Below, piece by piece: positions 46,296-59,720 of a stretch of 64,000 bases of DNA. A program made the position numbers and the translations under genes. Under the pieces are notes generated by a model. That model ran no database searches, was not told the DNA's origin, and saw nothing but the letters and a program-made list of their open reading frames with translations. Source of the DNA: Nemertoderma westbladi (lineage: Eukaryota; Animalia; Xenacoelomorpha); the NCBI GenBank assembly GCA_032718475.1, contig JAUCBJ010007752.1, forward strand, positions 26,544-90,543, in the 5' to 3' direction. The first letter of the stretch is position 1, and each line of letters begins with the position of its first letter.

Positions 46296-49026
46296 TCATA
46301 GACATATATCCTCATAGACAATAACAATGGGCCAAATAGTTCAGTTACCTCAAATAATATTGAGATTGAGAATGGCCATCACGTAATAATCTTGAGATGG
46401 AGCATGTTCTGTCAGCCAATAACTATCAAATAATGCAAGTACAAAGTATTCGGGATTTTTTCTCAACATTGAACAAACAACAGACCTTGACAATGATATC
46501 AAAGAGATCAACGAAAAACTGTCTCTTCTTCTAAAGATAACTACTACAGTTGATATGACTGGTGAAAAGGATATTGATTGAAGTCTAAATTATATGGAAA
46601 TTATTGAAAAAGCCACAAAGCTTCAGGACTTGGGTGAAAGTTGTATCAAATACTTTCCCAAAAAAGATGGGGGGCATTATAAAATGTGAAATGTGATTTA
46701 AATGTGAAATTTGCTTTTAAATGTAAAAGGAATCTGGAAGCTCCAAACATCTTCATTCTGAGATCTCTGAAATTGCCATGGGTGGGTATGCATTGGGTGA
46801 GTAACTTATTTCAGGAGGAAATTAAAACTGGTATTCATTAAGGTCAATGGCTTGTCCAACATGTTAGCTGCTCATTGTCACAAAAGCTTTGATTTCGGAT
46901 GAAAGAAATCGTAAATCAGAAGCTATTACAAGCATTGTTGGAAACCAATTATGATTAGGCACTGATGATAGGCACTGACAATAGTTAAGTCCATCAAGGC
47001 ACTGATGATAGTTAAGTTATGCACTGCTTTACAATGAAGATATGATTTTGTTCTAGCATCACTGTGGAGCAAAAATTTGAAATTTGGACACAGCTGATAT
47101 ATGATGAAGAAAATGGTAAATGCATTTTTAGTTTACAGTTAAAAAAATCAATTTTGCTAACTCCAATACATCATCTACAGGTATCTATCAACATTTTGCA
47201 ACTGTGAGTCACAAATCGTCTTATGGACAAATTTCGAATCATGCCATAATGGTTTTAGTAATGTACCAAGGTCTATGATGTTCTTTATCAATCAATGATC
47301 CACAAGTGTATGAAATCAATGAGGAGCTATAATCGGTGGAACGGTTAAAGACTTAGCAGAACTGGCAGGGTTCTGGCAATATTGGGCACCTGGCCGGAGT
47401 AGTTATTTTTTATTTAAATTTAATTCTGTTGCCACCAAAAGACTTAAGAAGACCAATCTGCGTCATTATAGTAGTTCAAAATTTATGAAATCAAAGATTT
47501 GTGACACTTTGGTGGAAGTGGGCACCTCAAAATAACAAGTGTTTAAATAAGGTATGTAAGATTTTGTCCAATCACAGGGACTACCGGCCCTCACCCATTG
47601 ATTGAATCATCACTCAAAAAAAAACAATCAAATCAAAACTCAATCAAAACTCAATTTAATGTCAAAATTTATTTATATGATTAACCAAATTGATGAGGCA
47701 AAGAAAGAACCCTCCCTGGGAAGGTAGGAAATTCCCTAGTTCGACCAATACCACAAACACACCTGTCACTCACCCACACATATGGAACTCGCCTGGCTAG
47801 TGTATGTTGTTTGGTTTGGCCCGCTGCACACTAGAGATGCAAGATGCACAATGCAAGATACAAGATGCAAAAATCGTTCCCAACGTACACTATAGATGCA
47901 AGATGCATTGTATTTTATTTTATATATTGATAGCTTTTATGTTATTTATTACGTTTAAATTTTATTCCAATATCAGCGTCATAATGAAATTTTTTTCCTG
48001 ACCATCCACATACTGTATCATTTGATTTCAATGGATGAAAGTGATGAAGTTATTGAAACTGTTGCTGAATATATGTTGTGGGAACAAACTAGCCTCATTT
48101 AACGAGAGCATTGGATACATCCAATAAATTACAAGAGACCTGTGGCTGGCGTTATGGCAAAGTTATATAATCAACTGTGAGATGATCCACAGAATAATTA
48201 TAACTATGTCCATTGCTATATTTGATGAGCTTTTGTCCCTAATTAATGGAAACATCCGAAAGTGTAGTACCGAGTTTCTAAAAGCGATTGGAACGAAGGA
48301 AAAACTGCTTGTCACTCTGTGGTACAGTATAATATAACAATTGGAGGCAACACACACTAATATTTCTTTGATTATTTATTTATTGGTTGTATAACAAGGT
48401 CCTAAATACTTATTATAAATGCATATATGTGCCAGCATTGTCCGTGTAAATATCGTTAGGCTGGGTTGAGACCAGACTGAAACTTATGAGGGTAAGAGTA
48501 TGGTATATCTACTATTGGTAGCAAATTTTTGAGAGCGAGAACTTTCCTCCTGTTCTTGGTTGTGAAGCATATCAGATATTATGGCCATCGATTGCTGCTT
48601 AAATCTTCTCAGTCAGTTTTTTTAAATCTGGTCCTTTAAAAAAACTCAGTGTTGGATCTTCTTCTATTCGTATCGATTTTTCTTTAACAAAAGTAACTTA
48701 AGCTTCTTCGACATTTTTCCTCTTTATCCCTTTTCCTTTCTTTAGCTAGTGATTAATGGCGACGCTTTACTATATTATATTATTTGGTGTCCGGAGACAA
48801 CACAGTCATAACAGCGAAATAAGTACACAAGTAAACAAACATAAAATAATAAAATTTACAGTTATAACGTGCTCAGCTCAGCGACTTATGCTATGGCTAA
48901 AATTGCAATTTAAAATATAGAAACACAAATAAGTAATGTTACATATTATACATATACACCTACGTACAAATCACATTACAAAACAGTTCGGTTATATCTC
49001 ATAAAATGCAAAATCACATAAAACGG

Positions 49027-49285
49027 TTATATTAAAAAATTCGAATTAAAATCAATGGTTAAAATATTTGTTTTAAAAGTTTCTAAAGAAGCAGACACGA
49101 CGACACTTTCTGGCAATGAGTTCCATATCGGCACCACACGATGGCAAAAGGTGTTTTGAATAGCTACGGATATGCACGGTACCTGATGCAATTTAAAACG
49201 ATGGCCGCAGGTTTCACCTGTGGACATAACAGGTTGAAAAATATCAGTGATACGGATATTTACTAAGCCACTGAAAATTTTATAT
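49027..49285 (-). pseudogene. CR1/L2-type LINE ORF2 C-terminal fragment
   Basis: YKIFSGL..TCGHRFKL..FCHRVVPIWNSLP..VV..SLETFK. Confidence 0.8.
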
Positions 49286-50753
49286 ACCGGGTGTTCCATA
49301 ATGATTGCCCCCCCCCCCTTGCCAGCCAAAACTGCCAGACATGTACCTTAGTGTAATATATCATTCGAAAGATAATTTAATTCTGAGCTTGCATGCAAAA
49401 ATCCAATAAAAAAGTATAAAAATTTTATAGGCTATTCTTTAAAACAATCTTATTTTTCATTATTTTTGATTTAATCACAATTAAAAAAATATAATTTATC
49501 CAGCGTTAGTCATCAGCTTTACAGCCATGATTCCCCTTTGCAGCACGGGGAGCTCCTCGATAGTGGCAAAGGATGTTGGCCCTTAAAAGGGCCGTTTTAG
49601 TTTGAGTTCAGGTTTGATTATGCCACAGATTCAGGACCCTCTCTAAAAGTAACATCTCTGATCCTGTCAACCATACGTTTTTCTTCAGAGTCATTGAAGA
49701 TTGCACTGGAACTTGTCATTTTAATTACTTCTGTTAGACTAAAACTTACTGTTAAAACTAAAAGCAGAAGGGTCGCTAATACCAAGATGGGGTTCATTGC
49801 CCACTGATAAAATTAAGTCATCATCGTTGCACAATAAAAGATCTAAAAAGTTTTCACCTCTGCTCTGCTGATGCTGGCTGACCTATTTATAAATTCATCC
49901 TGTAATTCTGGTTCACTCCCACTACCAGCCTGACTTTCTTCATCCCTCTCAAGAAGCAGACATATCACCAAAATTACCTGCCATAGTATTATGCGATAAT
50001 TGAATGTACCGACATACTGACTAACAGGCGGTTGTGACGATTAGCGCGTACTGGTCCTAGACGCCGAAACGCAACCATATTTTAACAAATTAATTATTTT
50101 TGTCCTAGTCCTACCTCTTTCACGGCGACAAAAATGTCATATATTTTCTTATAGAATATAGGCTTAGTGTTTGTGCAGTTTATTACCGGTATCATTTAGT
50201 GTATGGTGGTTAGGTTTTAGGGTTAGGTTTGCGATACATACTTGTATGTGGAGCATGTTATAATATATTTTGTTTGTGTTGTTTGTTTGTTTTGTTTGTG
50301 TTCCTTGATGGCCTTAGGGTCTGGAAGGTATTTAGGGCTTAATGTCCTGATTCTATATTTTTTTTGTAGTTAAAGGTTGTAAGATTCTAGTGTTTACCTT
50401 AAAGTTAATAGTATTATGCTTCATGTAGGGTGCGATGAACCTTATCTGATCCGTGAGGTGCCAGGCTTTCTTTCAGGCTGCGAGCGAATGAGCTTCTTAA
50501 ATTGTGCCATTTTAATTTAGCTTCTTTACCTGAAAGAAAATAATAATAATATAAAATATACATTATTTTTTATTAATATGAAACCACATAATATATGAAT
50601 TTCATTACAGATACCTGCCTGGCAACACGTGAATCATACGTATCTCCATTACCAGTTCCGAATGGGGGCAACAACCATTGGAAAGATTGTAGTAGAAGTG
50701 TGTTGTGCGCTTTGGAAGCAACTCCAACCAATAGAGATGCCAATTCCTGATAT

Positions 50754-51012
50754 GTCGCAGTGTCCGAGTGGATATGGCGCCTGAACTGCTTACACAATAG
50801 TCTTTGGTGGCGCAGGTTCGAATCCGACTAAAGGCTGTAGAACTTTCGCACTGTTGTGTCCCTAGGCAAGACACTTTAGACATTAGTGCCTAAGGCAACC
50901 CAGCGGTATAATGGGAACCTGGCTTTGCTGGGGTAATGATAATAAAAGCGCTTTGAGTATGCTGAGCATAGAAAAGCGCTATATAAATAACCAATATTAT
51001 ATTATTATTATA
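50754..51012 (+). mobile_element. tRNA-derived SINE with an L2-type 3' tail, inserted in the Harbinger transposase
   Basis: A-box TGTCCGAGTGG (50761), B-box GGTTCGAATCC (50815), body TGTGTCCCTAGGCAAGACACTT, tail AAGCGCTTTGAG..AAAGCGCTATATAAAT followed by (TAT)n. Confidence 0.85.
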
Positions 51013-52379
51013 AAGATTCTTATATGAAAATCACTGACGAATTTCATTGGATTTGACAATATCCTATCCTGCCTTCTGTGGGGCTATAGATGGAAAAGAC
51101 ATTCGAAGGGGATGCCCATTAAAGAGTGGATCAACATATTATAACTACAAACATTACTTTTCAACTGTGCTACAAGGAGTTGTTGATGCTAATGGTTGCT
51201 GGTTCTATCACTTTTGCGTACCAATGGATGTTAGTGTACCATACTGCCATATACATGCTTGCTACTGATTTCTTACTACAATCAGTACCAGTAGCTTATA
51301 GTCTGTATGTGATAGACTGTCTCATAGACTGTGTGTGTACTGTCGGTAGGTCTATCTATTGAATGCTGCTGACAGCTACTATAATATAAGAGAGGGAGGA
51401 AGAGAGTCATTATAGTTTGCCATTTTTTGAATGTAATGGTTTTGACTCCTGTCAGTTTGACTGCATGGAGCCAGTAACCTTGCGCGATATATTCTCCACG
51501 CCATCCGCTACACTATGGAAATGGTGGTATTGCCATGGTCTGATATGTGGAACCATTTTACACTCCCAAGTTCGCAAATCACTATCCAAGATTAGGCCCA
51601 ATTCCACCATGTTGTACTGGCAGTGCACCAAGTTCAGGTGCCGCAAGACAAACATAGCTGTTCAGATGGACTATGACAGGGGCTACTTTGGAGTTGGAGG
51701 AAGGTTAGACCATGTCACTGCATTTGCGAATTTCTACATGGTTTGTAATGGGTTTACTCAAACAAATCGCTAGGGAGTAGAAGGTTCACTTAAATACTAC
51801 TACTAACTAAACTATGTGAATTATGTTATGGAGGTTATCGCAAACTTCAATCACCTCGACTACGAGGCCTCTGGTGGTTCATTCAAGAAGGCCAGTTTGA
51901 CGAGACTGCTGTATCAAAGCATAAGTATGGATGCGGAAAAAGGGTTGGCAAAGCTTCCACGCAATGGCTTGCCACGGCTGTTGAGGTGTCACCTGTTTCA
52001 AATAAGTGTAGGAAGTTGATTGCATGCGTTATTCCGAACCGCAGTGGACCAAATCTACAAGGACCGATCTTTCACTTGGCTGCGGTTTGTGCTAAGGTCA
52101 TGACAGGCGGCCATAAAAGCTACACTGCAAACTACCAGCCTGTTGTCACCCATGGAGTAGTTATTCATAGTTGCAAGCGAACATACTAACGTTGCTGGTG
52201 AACATACTAACCATGTGGAAGCGACACATGGCATATTGAAATGCCAACTGAGACGTTTCTATTGGTAGTGTCATGTAAAGGGGACGAAGTTAGCCAGAAT
52301 AAAATACAATTTGTAACCTTTCTTGGCAACTGCATTCGGTATAAGGAACCCAAATGCCCACTCGTAGCCTGGCTCAAGA

Positions 52380-55300
52380 TAGCTGTACTGTACAAGTTGG
52401 AGGGTAATGATGGTATTCGCAATGCTCTGGAGAATGGTTCTGACTCAGAACCTGAGGAATAAATTTGTACTGTGTAGATTCAGCGTCTCGGAAAAGAGAA
52501 CTCCGGATCAAGGGATAGACCCAGGCCCATTCTGGCTGTTGTCCGCAACAGAGAGGATCGCAACGTTATTTTGAGTAACGCTAAGAAGTTGAAGGAGGCA
52601 GAGGCTCCATTCAAAACCACGTATCTAAAGAAGGATGTTCATCCAAGTATTAGGAAGGAGATGGGTCGCCTGCGTGCGCGAGAATATACGGAGAAGAAAA
52701 AGCCACAGAACGAGGGGTGCGAAATATACTTGGATTATCGTGAGCGGGTGTTGAAGCGGGACAGTCTAATTATCGACAGATTCAACGCGGTCCTGAGCGC
52801 CTAGCGGCGCGTAGGGCATGATAGACGTCTACGGATATGTTCGTGGAATGCTAGAGGAGTTTGTGACAAACTATTAGAACGTGACCGACTGAAATTTTTT
52901 AGTCAATTTGATTTAGTTTGGGTTCTTGAAACTAAGACAGCTGCAAAGATTTACTTACCGGGATTCGAGGGTGTCCAGAACACTTCCAAGAAGAACTCTA
53001 ACCGCGGAGGAGTTGCTCTATTTATTAAAGACTACCTACTACCACAGATTAAACGATTAGACTGCGAGACAGAAGGCTACATTGCTATAGAATTACTATG
53101 TCTCCCAGATTGCTTGTTAAGCGGCTGCTATATTCCGCCCTTAGACTCGCCGTACTACGATCCGTTCCAACTCGCCCAGCTTCAGGCGCAACTACAGACA
53201 GGCGGCCAATCCGTTGTAGTTCTAGGGGATCTTAACGCTCGAGTTGGCGACGCTTCGCCTCACCTAGATGTGCCTTACAGAAACATAGTCGACCGAGATG
53301 TAAACCGCCACGGGAAGGACGTGATCTGTAAATCTACGAATTCTCTTATTTTAAACCATCTCGAATACAAAGGTAAACAGTTGGGAGGAAATCTTTCATA
53401 CAGGATGGGAAATAAATGGGTTTCAGAAATCGATATAGGTGTAGCGAAGGGGCCTATTCTAAACTGTATCTCTCGCTGGGAAGTCGACCAGTCCGTAACC
53501 GGATCAGACCACGCCGCACTACTGCTCGACGTAGATTGCGGTTTGCAGGTCCCAGTTAGTGACCTAAAGAACCGCTCAGTACTCCTGGGCGTTTCAGGTA
53601 ACCAAACAAAATCTGGTCTTGGGAACAGTACACACCACTCGAACGTCGATTGCGTCAAGTTCCACAATGTAATGGAGGAAGTCGAACCTCCGCTCCTGGT
53701 CGGTCTATCTCCGGAGGATGTAGATACCACGCTGAAGGATTTAAATAACCTTATCGCCTCCAGTTCTAGAATAGCTCGCAATCCGGGCTGCAACACTAGA
53801 TTCGATAAACGCAACAAATATACTAGGTGGGAAACCATTCTTGAAGGTAATGATCCTAAACAGATATGGCGGGCAATAAACTGGAAGGGCCAGCTGTACG
53901 ACGGTAACGATAATCTCGCTCAGGACCAACCGCCCCCTAGCCAGTTTAAAGCTCACTTTGAATCTCTACTAAATCCCACAAGCGCCGTTCCGCTAAGCGC
54001 TGGAATCGATCCTGAGTTTGAATCGGCGCCGTATATACCGGAACTAGACGATAAGTTTACTCCACGCGAGCTTGCTGATACTCTAGCTGATATTAAGGTT
54101 AATAAAGCGTATTGGGGCATTAGTTTAGGGTTAATATGCAAACTTCCAGGATCTTGGTTAATTTTTATGTTATCAATATTCAATGTAATATTTGAGTATG
54201 TACGATTCCCCCCAGCATGGTGTTACAGTAAACTGTTTGTGCTTTATAAGAATAGTGGGTCACGTATGGACTGCGGTAATTACCATGGTATTAGTATTGT
54301 TGACTCATTCGCTAAGATTTATGATATGCTTATAAACTCTAGGCTGCTTAGATGGGTCAATATTGACAGCTGTCAAGCGGGTGGTAGAAAGAACCGTGGG
54401 TGTACTGAACAAGTTGTTGCATTACGATTATTAATTAATTATGCTATTTCTAAGAAGTGTAAATTATTTGTTATGTTTGTCGATTTTCGTAAAGCCTACG
54501 ATCTGGTTCCCCGTAACAAACTGTTGAATGTACTAAGGGAAGCAGGCTGTGGGAAACAATTACTCTACGCCATTAGGGCTATATATAGTTGTACAAAAAT
54601 TGTGTTGAAAGATGCAGTAATTATATCTATTCTCGGTGTAAAACAAGGTGCATCAACCAGCATAACTTTATTTTGTATGTATTTAAATCAGTTTGTTGTA
54701 AGGTTACGTGCAGCGTACAGTACAGATGGTTTTTTGGGAATTATACAGATATTGCTACTTATGGATGACTCAGTTATTCTGTCTACTACACGTAGCGCAT
54801 GTGAAACAAAATTTCGTGTTCTAGCTGATTATTGTACAGATTACGGAATGACTATAAACCCCAAAAAGACAAACTTTATGGTTATTAATGGATCGTTGTC
54901 TGACCGGGTCCCCATAGAATATGGAGGAATTAAAGTTTCTAACTGTGCTACATACATTTATCTAGGCTCACCATTCTGTGAGAATGGTAAAATGTCCTCA
55001 GTGCTCAATGTACACGCAAGTCGGTGTACCGATGCTGTTAATAAGTTTATTATTTTCTGTACGGTCAACGATTCAATGCCCTTCCACTTGAAACTGAAAG
55101 TTTTCCAAGCTTGCCTATCAGCAGTACTGACATATGGGTGTGAGTCTTGGTTAACTAGAGATTTCAAGTCTATAGAGGTACTGTATATGAAAGCGATTAA
55201 GTCGTTGCTTGGGGTACGTAAAACTACTCCGAATGACGTCTGTTTGGTAGAACTCGGTATTAAACCGCTACGAGCCATTGTTGTCGAAGCTCAAAAGAAA

Positions 55301-55991
55301 TTGTTCACAAAATACTCAAAATTAGCCGACAGAGCTCTACCAATCACGCAAACTCTTGATTTATGTGCAAATGTGGTAGGAATACACGGATATACTATAC
55401 TATCTGGTGCGTGCAATGAAGATATTTCTAACTACAATTTAGATTCTATTAGGCGTAGGATTCGTAGTAAGCCACCCACTGCGACTAAGTTTTGGTCATA
55501 CTGTCATGATATTAACCCGGAGCTAACAGTACATACAATTTATCGTGATAATGTTAACTACATACCAGACTACCAGCGTAAAGCATTTACTCGTTTTAGG
55601 GTGTTTTCGCATGAGTTACGCAGTGAAAAGGGTAGATGGAGTCGTACTCCGCCTGCCGAGCGTGTGTGTTCATGCGACCACATCTCAGTTCAGAACGAGG
55701 AACATGCAGCTATGATATGTTCTCGTACTAGGGAACTACGTGGTCAATTTCGTTACGTTGGATATTCGTCTTTAGTAGATCTGTTTCGTTGCCAGGATAC
55801 AAAACAACTGTGTTGCTTCATTGAAAAAGTATTAGACAAATTTAAATGTTAATCAGTAAATTAGTTGGACAAATATTGTGCTCTACCGTGTTATAATGTG
55901 AGTTAATTAATTAAGTTTGTTTTCAGTGTATTGTGTAATAATTATTGCTTTGTTTATCGAAAGTATTTGTCAATAAAATAATAATAATAAT
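52380..55991 (+). mobile_element. 5'-truncated LINE (RTEX-like) with an ORF1 C-terminal part, open ORF2 and (AAT)n tail
   Basis: ORF1 piece IQRLGK..RPRPIL..ILSNAKKLK; ORF2 as below; tail AATAAAATAATAATAATAAT near 55972-55991. Confidence 0.85.
52805..55852 (+). CDS. LINE ORF2: APE endonuclease, RT and C-terminal CCHC
   Basis: Frame is open from 52805: ICSWNARG, VLET, RGGVA, YIPP, LGDLNAR, SDH; FVDFRKAYD, GVKQG, LMDD, YLGS; RVCSC..EEH..C. Confidence 0.92.
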   Translation, partial: RRVGHDRRLRICSWNARGVCDKLLERDRLKFFSQFDLVWVLETKTAAKIYLPGFEGVQNTSKKNSNRGGVALFIKDYLLPQIKRLDCETEGYIAIELLCLPDCLLSGCYIPPLDSPYYDPFQLAQLQAQLQTGGQSVVVLGDLNARVGDASPHLDVPYRNIVDRDVNRHGKDVICKSTNSLILNHLEYKGKQLGGNLSYRMGNKWVSEIDIGVAKGPILNCISRWEVDQSVTGSDHAALLLDVDCGLQVPVSDLKNRSVLLGVSGNQTKSGLGNSTHHSNVDCVKFHNVMEEVEPPLLVGLSPEDVDTTLKDLNNLIASSSRIARNPGCNTRFDKRNKYTRWETILEGNDPKQIWRAINWKGQLYDGNDNLAQDQPPPSQFKAHFESLLNPTSAVPLSAGIDPEFESAPYIPELDDKFTPRELADTLADIKVNKAYWGISLGLICKLPGSWLIFMLSIFNVIFEYVRFPPAWCYSKLFVLYKNSGSRMDCGNYHGISIVDSFAKIYDMLINSRLLRWVNIDSCQAGGRKNRGCTEQVVALRLLINYAISKKCKLFVMFVDFRKAYDLVPRNKLLNVLREAGCGKQLLYAIRAIYSCTKIVLKDAVIISILGVKQGASTSITLFCMYLNQFVVRLRAAYSTDGFLGIIQILLLMDDSVILSTTRSACETKFRVLADYCTDYGMTINPKKTNFMVINGSLSDRVPIEYGGIKVSNCATYIYLGSPFCENGKMSSVLNVHASRCTDAVNKFIIFCTVNDSMPFHLKLKVFQACLSAVLTYGCESWLTRDFKSIEVLYMKAIKSLLGVRKTTPNDVCLVELGIKPLRAIVVEAQKKLFTKYSKLADRALPITQTLDLCANVVGIHGYTILSGACNEDISNYNLDSIRRRIRSKPPTATKFWSYCHDINPELTVHTIYRDNVNYIPDYQRKAFTRFRVFSHELRSEKGRWSRTPPAERVCSCDHISVQNEEHAAMICSRTRELRGQFRYVGYSSLVDLFRCQDTKQLCCFIEKVLDKFKC

Positions 55992-57478
55992 AGATGGTAG
56001 AAATTTTAATTTTGCTACTGGTAGAATTACATTTTCTTATATTAAATGTGTAAAATTGTGTGAACAACAGTGTAAAATACAAATTCGGAAAAAAATTCTG
56101 AGTGTTTCTGAAAACCAACAATGTAAAATATAAATTCGGTAAAAAAATTCTGAGCGTTTCTGAAAACCCACGGTATTTTGGACACTTTTGAAAAATAAAA
56201 AAAGTCCATCACATCAGTATGCTATTGTGACTTCCCCTGGTTGCTTTATTGCCATTGATGTTGGAGATTTTGGAGACACTGCGATCCAGGAGTACTTAAA
56301 CACTCTAGCTTTGGTAAAGCTTTGGCACAAGGGAAAATTCCCCTACTTGAAGCACGAGAAAGTTCGCAAGAATATATCCATCCCACACGTTTCATAGGTG
56401 ATGAAATTTATGCATTACTTCCAAATCGAATGCATCCCTATCCTGGATTGAATTTGACTGATATGCGACGAATATACAATTACCATCATTCCTGTGCATG
56501 GTGTACTTTTGAATGTGGTTTCGGGATGAGGGCATCTAAGTTCGTTTTTGTAAAACGTTTATGTTTTATTGTTGTTAATAATGCAACAAATTTAACAAAC
56601 TACTGTATATTGTACAACTAACTTTATCAGTGATACTCACTTACCTGGTATATTTAATATTCTCCCAATATCACTCCAGTGATGGTCCTGGTCCTTATAA
56701 TTAGGTAGTCCGTGATTATATAATTCCTCTCTCACTTGAACAAGATTTATTAATTTTTCGGTATTACCGATATCCCAAGTAACAGGCATGGTTTGAATAT
56801 TGAATATAACGTAAATGTAAAATATATTGTTAAAAAAATCTATTACAAACCAGACATACTGGGAAGATATAAATCAGATATTTTATTACATAAATCTCTG
56901 CCTTACCTACAGAGTATATACGCGGTTATAACGTTATAACATAGACCCACCCCCTGCATTATTCGACATGTATCAACATACAATCAATCAACATTGAACC
57001 AACCAACTGCTCATTGAACTACATTATGTTGTATTGTGTATATTATGTACATTATGTTACATTATTGGCGGCTGCCTTTGATGAAATTTTTTAATATATA
57101 ATTAAAAATTAGAATTTGTCATGCATCTTGCATCTCTAGTGTACGGCCTGCCATAGTCTACCAAGTATTCTATAATTCGAGATGCAAGATGCAAAAAATA
57201 GAACATCGAGGATGTCCTATTTTTCATCTTGCATCTCTAGTGTGTGTGGTCTGATAGGAAATAATGCATTCTAAAAAAATTTTGCATCTTGCATCTCTAG
57301 TGGACGCCAGGCCTTATGTTGAACCAGTTGCTGTGTCTCGCTCCATATAATACAATAGTAGCAAAATTGTCTGCTCGATGCCTGGGAGCCTGGCTGTATT
57401 AAAATTGAGTTTTACATCGATCTGCTTATTTATGTGTTTATAAATTGTGTACATATACAATATATGTGTACAAATTTT

Positions 57479-57780
57479 CTTCTCACTATGCTTGATGTAT
57501 TTTACTATAATTTATTAATTTTTAGGCCTAATCAATCGCCTTCTCACTACGCTTGAGGTATTTTACTATAATTTATTAATTTAAGGTCTAATCAATCGCC
57601 TTCTCACTACGCTTGAGGTATTTTACTATAATTTATTAATTTAAGGTCTAATGAATAGCCTTCTCACTACGCTTGAGGTATTTTACTATAATTTATTATT
57701 TTAAGGCCTAATCAATCGCCTTCTCACTACGCTTGAGGTATTTTACTATAATTTATTAATTTAAGGCCTAATCAATCGCC
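57479..57780 (+). repeat. 60-bp tandem repeat, 5 copies
   Basis: TTCTCACTACGCTTGAGGTATTTTACTATAATTTATTAATTTAAGG..TAATCAATCGCC. Confidence 0.97.
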
Positions 57781-58032
57781 ATACTCTTTCACAGTTCTCG
57801 TGGGCCTCGCAAATTAGAAGAATTGGGACCCAAATCCAAATTAAAGCAGTATTTGAACCCTAACCCTAAGTCATGAGAATCTAATATAAGAAATTTTGTG
57901 GACTTTTTTGTCTATGTCTGTTTCAAATTTCATGCAATCCCATTAAGATTTGTAGACAAATTTGGGGGGGGGGGGGGGACATGTACCTGAATAAGGACAC
58001 TATTCCAGGACATAGTGTATCAAATGTATAAA

Positions 58033-58826
58033 CAGGTATCGTATGGTAGTAAATTTTTGCAGTGGCGGTAGCGGTAATGGTATGGCTTTGTGGTAGTGGT
58101 ATTTACCGCAAAAAATTTAGCTGGTATTAATGCAGTTAGATGCTCACTTTTTGACGACTTTTTTTTTAATTTGTGGCGTTTATTTTTGGTAAATTGATTT
58201 CTTGAATTAATCAATTTTAATTTCTTTTTGTTTTTGTTGACAGAAAATATGCTACAATGCGAATCAATTTTTCATATATAATGTGTAACTGCTGTAATGA
58301 AGAATGAACGTTATTTTGCATATATTATGATTTTTGAAGGTATAAAAAAGGAAACAATATGATATGAATGTGATTTTAAGAAAATGCGATATGATACGAA
58401 AAAGTTTTATAATTTTTTTGTATCATAAAAAATTAATATTTGAATAATTTCATAGTTATACGAAATCAGGATATTTATTTTAGAAAATTATTTGACGATT
58501 TCAAATAATTTTACTATTACTATTGCTGCTGTTTCAGCCTGTTATGACATATGATTGATATGAACTTCAACTTAATTTAGGAACACAGTTTACAGTAAAA
58601 GTTTTATTTCTTAGGTACTTATTTTTCAATTATCAAATTAACATAAATTCAATGGACAGGCAGAAACAGCACCCCAATTGGAAATTTGCATACGGTAAAT
58701 AGAAAAGACTAAAAACCAACTACCGCAAATACTGCAGTAGTTGGCATTTGCAGTAGCAGTAGAGGTAGCGGTAGTAAAAAGCACGGTATATGCCGTAGCG
58801 GTAGCGGTAGTACCCTACGATCCCTG
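58033..58826. mobile_element. Non-autonomous hAT-like element
   Basis: TIRs CAGG(T/G)ATCGTA(T/G)GGTA, exact 8-bp TSD TGTATAAA (58025-58032 / 58827-58834), subterminal GCGGTA repeats. Confidence 0.88.
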
Positions 58827-59109
58827 TGTATAAATACACTCCATGTTTTTACTGTTCTATGCTTAGCTTATGCAATAAGCCTAATGCAATCAGGCAAGAG
58901 CATCCTCAGATCCATTTTCTGTGAAGTATGGGAGACTTGGCTGCACACAAAATATATATCTACCACCGTTTCAAAGCATACATACTACTTGCATTTCCAG
59001 AAATCATATTTACCTTGGTTTTCTCCTGAATGCATGGCTAATAATAATACTACATTACCTTTTCTACCAATAATGGATGATGATGAGAATAACTTAACAA
59101 TACTCGACA

Positions 59110-59720
59110 AAGAGACCAGTTTACAACAATTTGATATAATTCTTTAATTTTACGTACTTGAAGTCTCCTTGTTAAGCAAGATACTAAATTATATGGTAGC
59201 TAGTGTTTTAGGTAGGTTTAGCTAGTAATTTTGACACTGGTTCCGACATCATACTTCCTTCTATAAATATTTTGTAGTAGCTAGTTCTTATTACTATTCG
59301 TATAGAAAATGTTTAAAATCAATAAAAAAAAAATTTCAAAGTTTTTTTTTCTAAAATATTTTTTCACAATATTTTTTTTTTCAAAATTTTTTTATTGATT
59401 TTAATAAACACGTTTTAGAACGATGCCATGCCTTTTTAAATAGAAACTAGAATATTTGTTCTAGAACATTTTTTTAAAAAAATGACTCGCTAACATGTTC
59501 TGGAACATTTTCTATACGAATAGTAATAAGAACTAGCTACTACAAAATATTTATAGAAGGAAGTATGATGTCGGAACCAGTGTCAAAATTACTAGCTAAA
59601 CCTACCTAAAACACTAGCTACCATATAATTTAGAATCTTGCTTAACTAGAAGAATTCAATTATGTCAAATTATAGAATTATATCAAAATATCAAATTGTT
59701 GTAAAAAAAAACTGGTCTCT
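59110..59720. mobile_element. Foldback MITE with about 200-bp inverted arms
   Basis: About 59170-59312 is a near-perfect reverse complement of about 59505-59645; the arms extend to AGAGACCAGT / ACTGGTCTCT. Confidence 0.85.

Larger units (their letters stand above)
47818..57313 (+). mobile_element. Decayed PIF/Harbinger transposon with nested insertions
   Basis: TIRs GGCC..CACTAGAGATGCAAGATGCA at both ends with subterminal repeats. Transposase pieces: WIHPIN (about 48110), YQFRMG..TIGKIV (about 50650), GAIDGK..YYNYK..VLQGVVDA (about 51070-51190), FIGDE..YPG..FG (56240-56545). MADF-like remnant on the minus strand at about 56640-56790. Confidence 0.85.

Noticed and set aside
46955-47015. Repeated GGCACTGATGATAG as a hammerhead core
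   Set aside because: No stem II or downstream GAAA; a short local duplication.
50205-50232. Telomeric repeat
   Set aside because: Only a few degenerate TTAGG(G) units at an internal position, typical of TE bodies.
51360-52380. Short ORFs upstream of the LINE as the ORF1 N-terminus
   Set aside because: Fragmented in all frames with no motif I can support.
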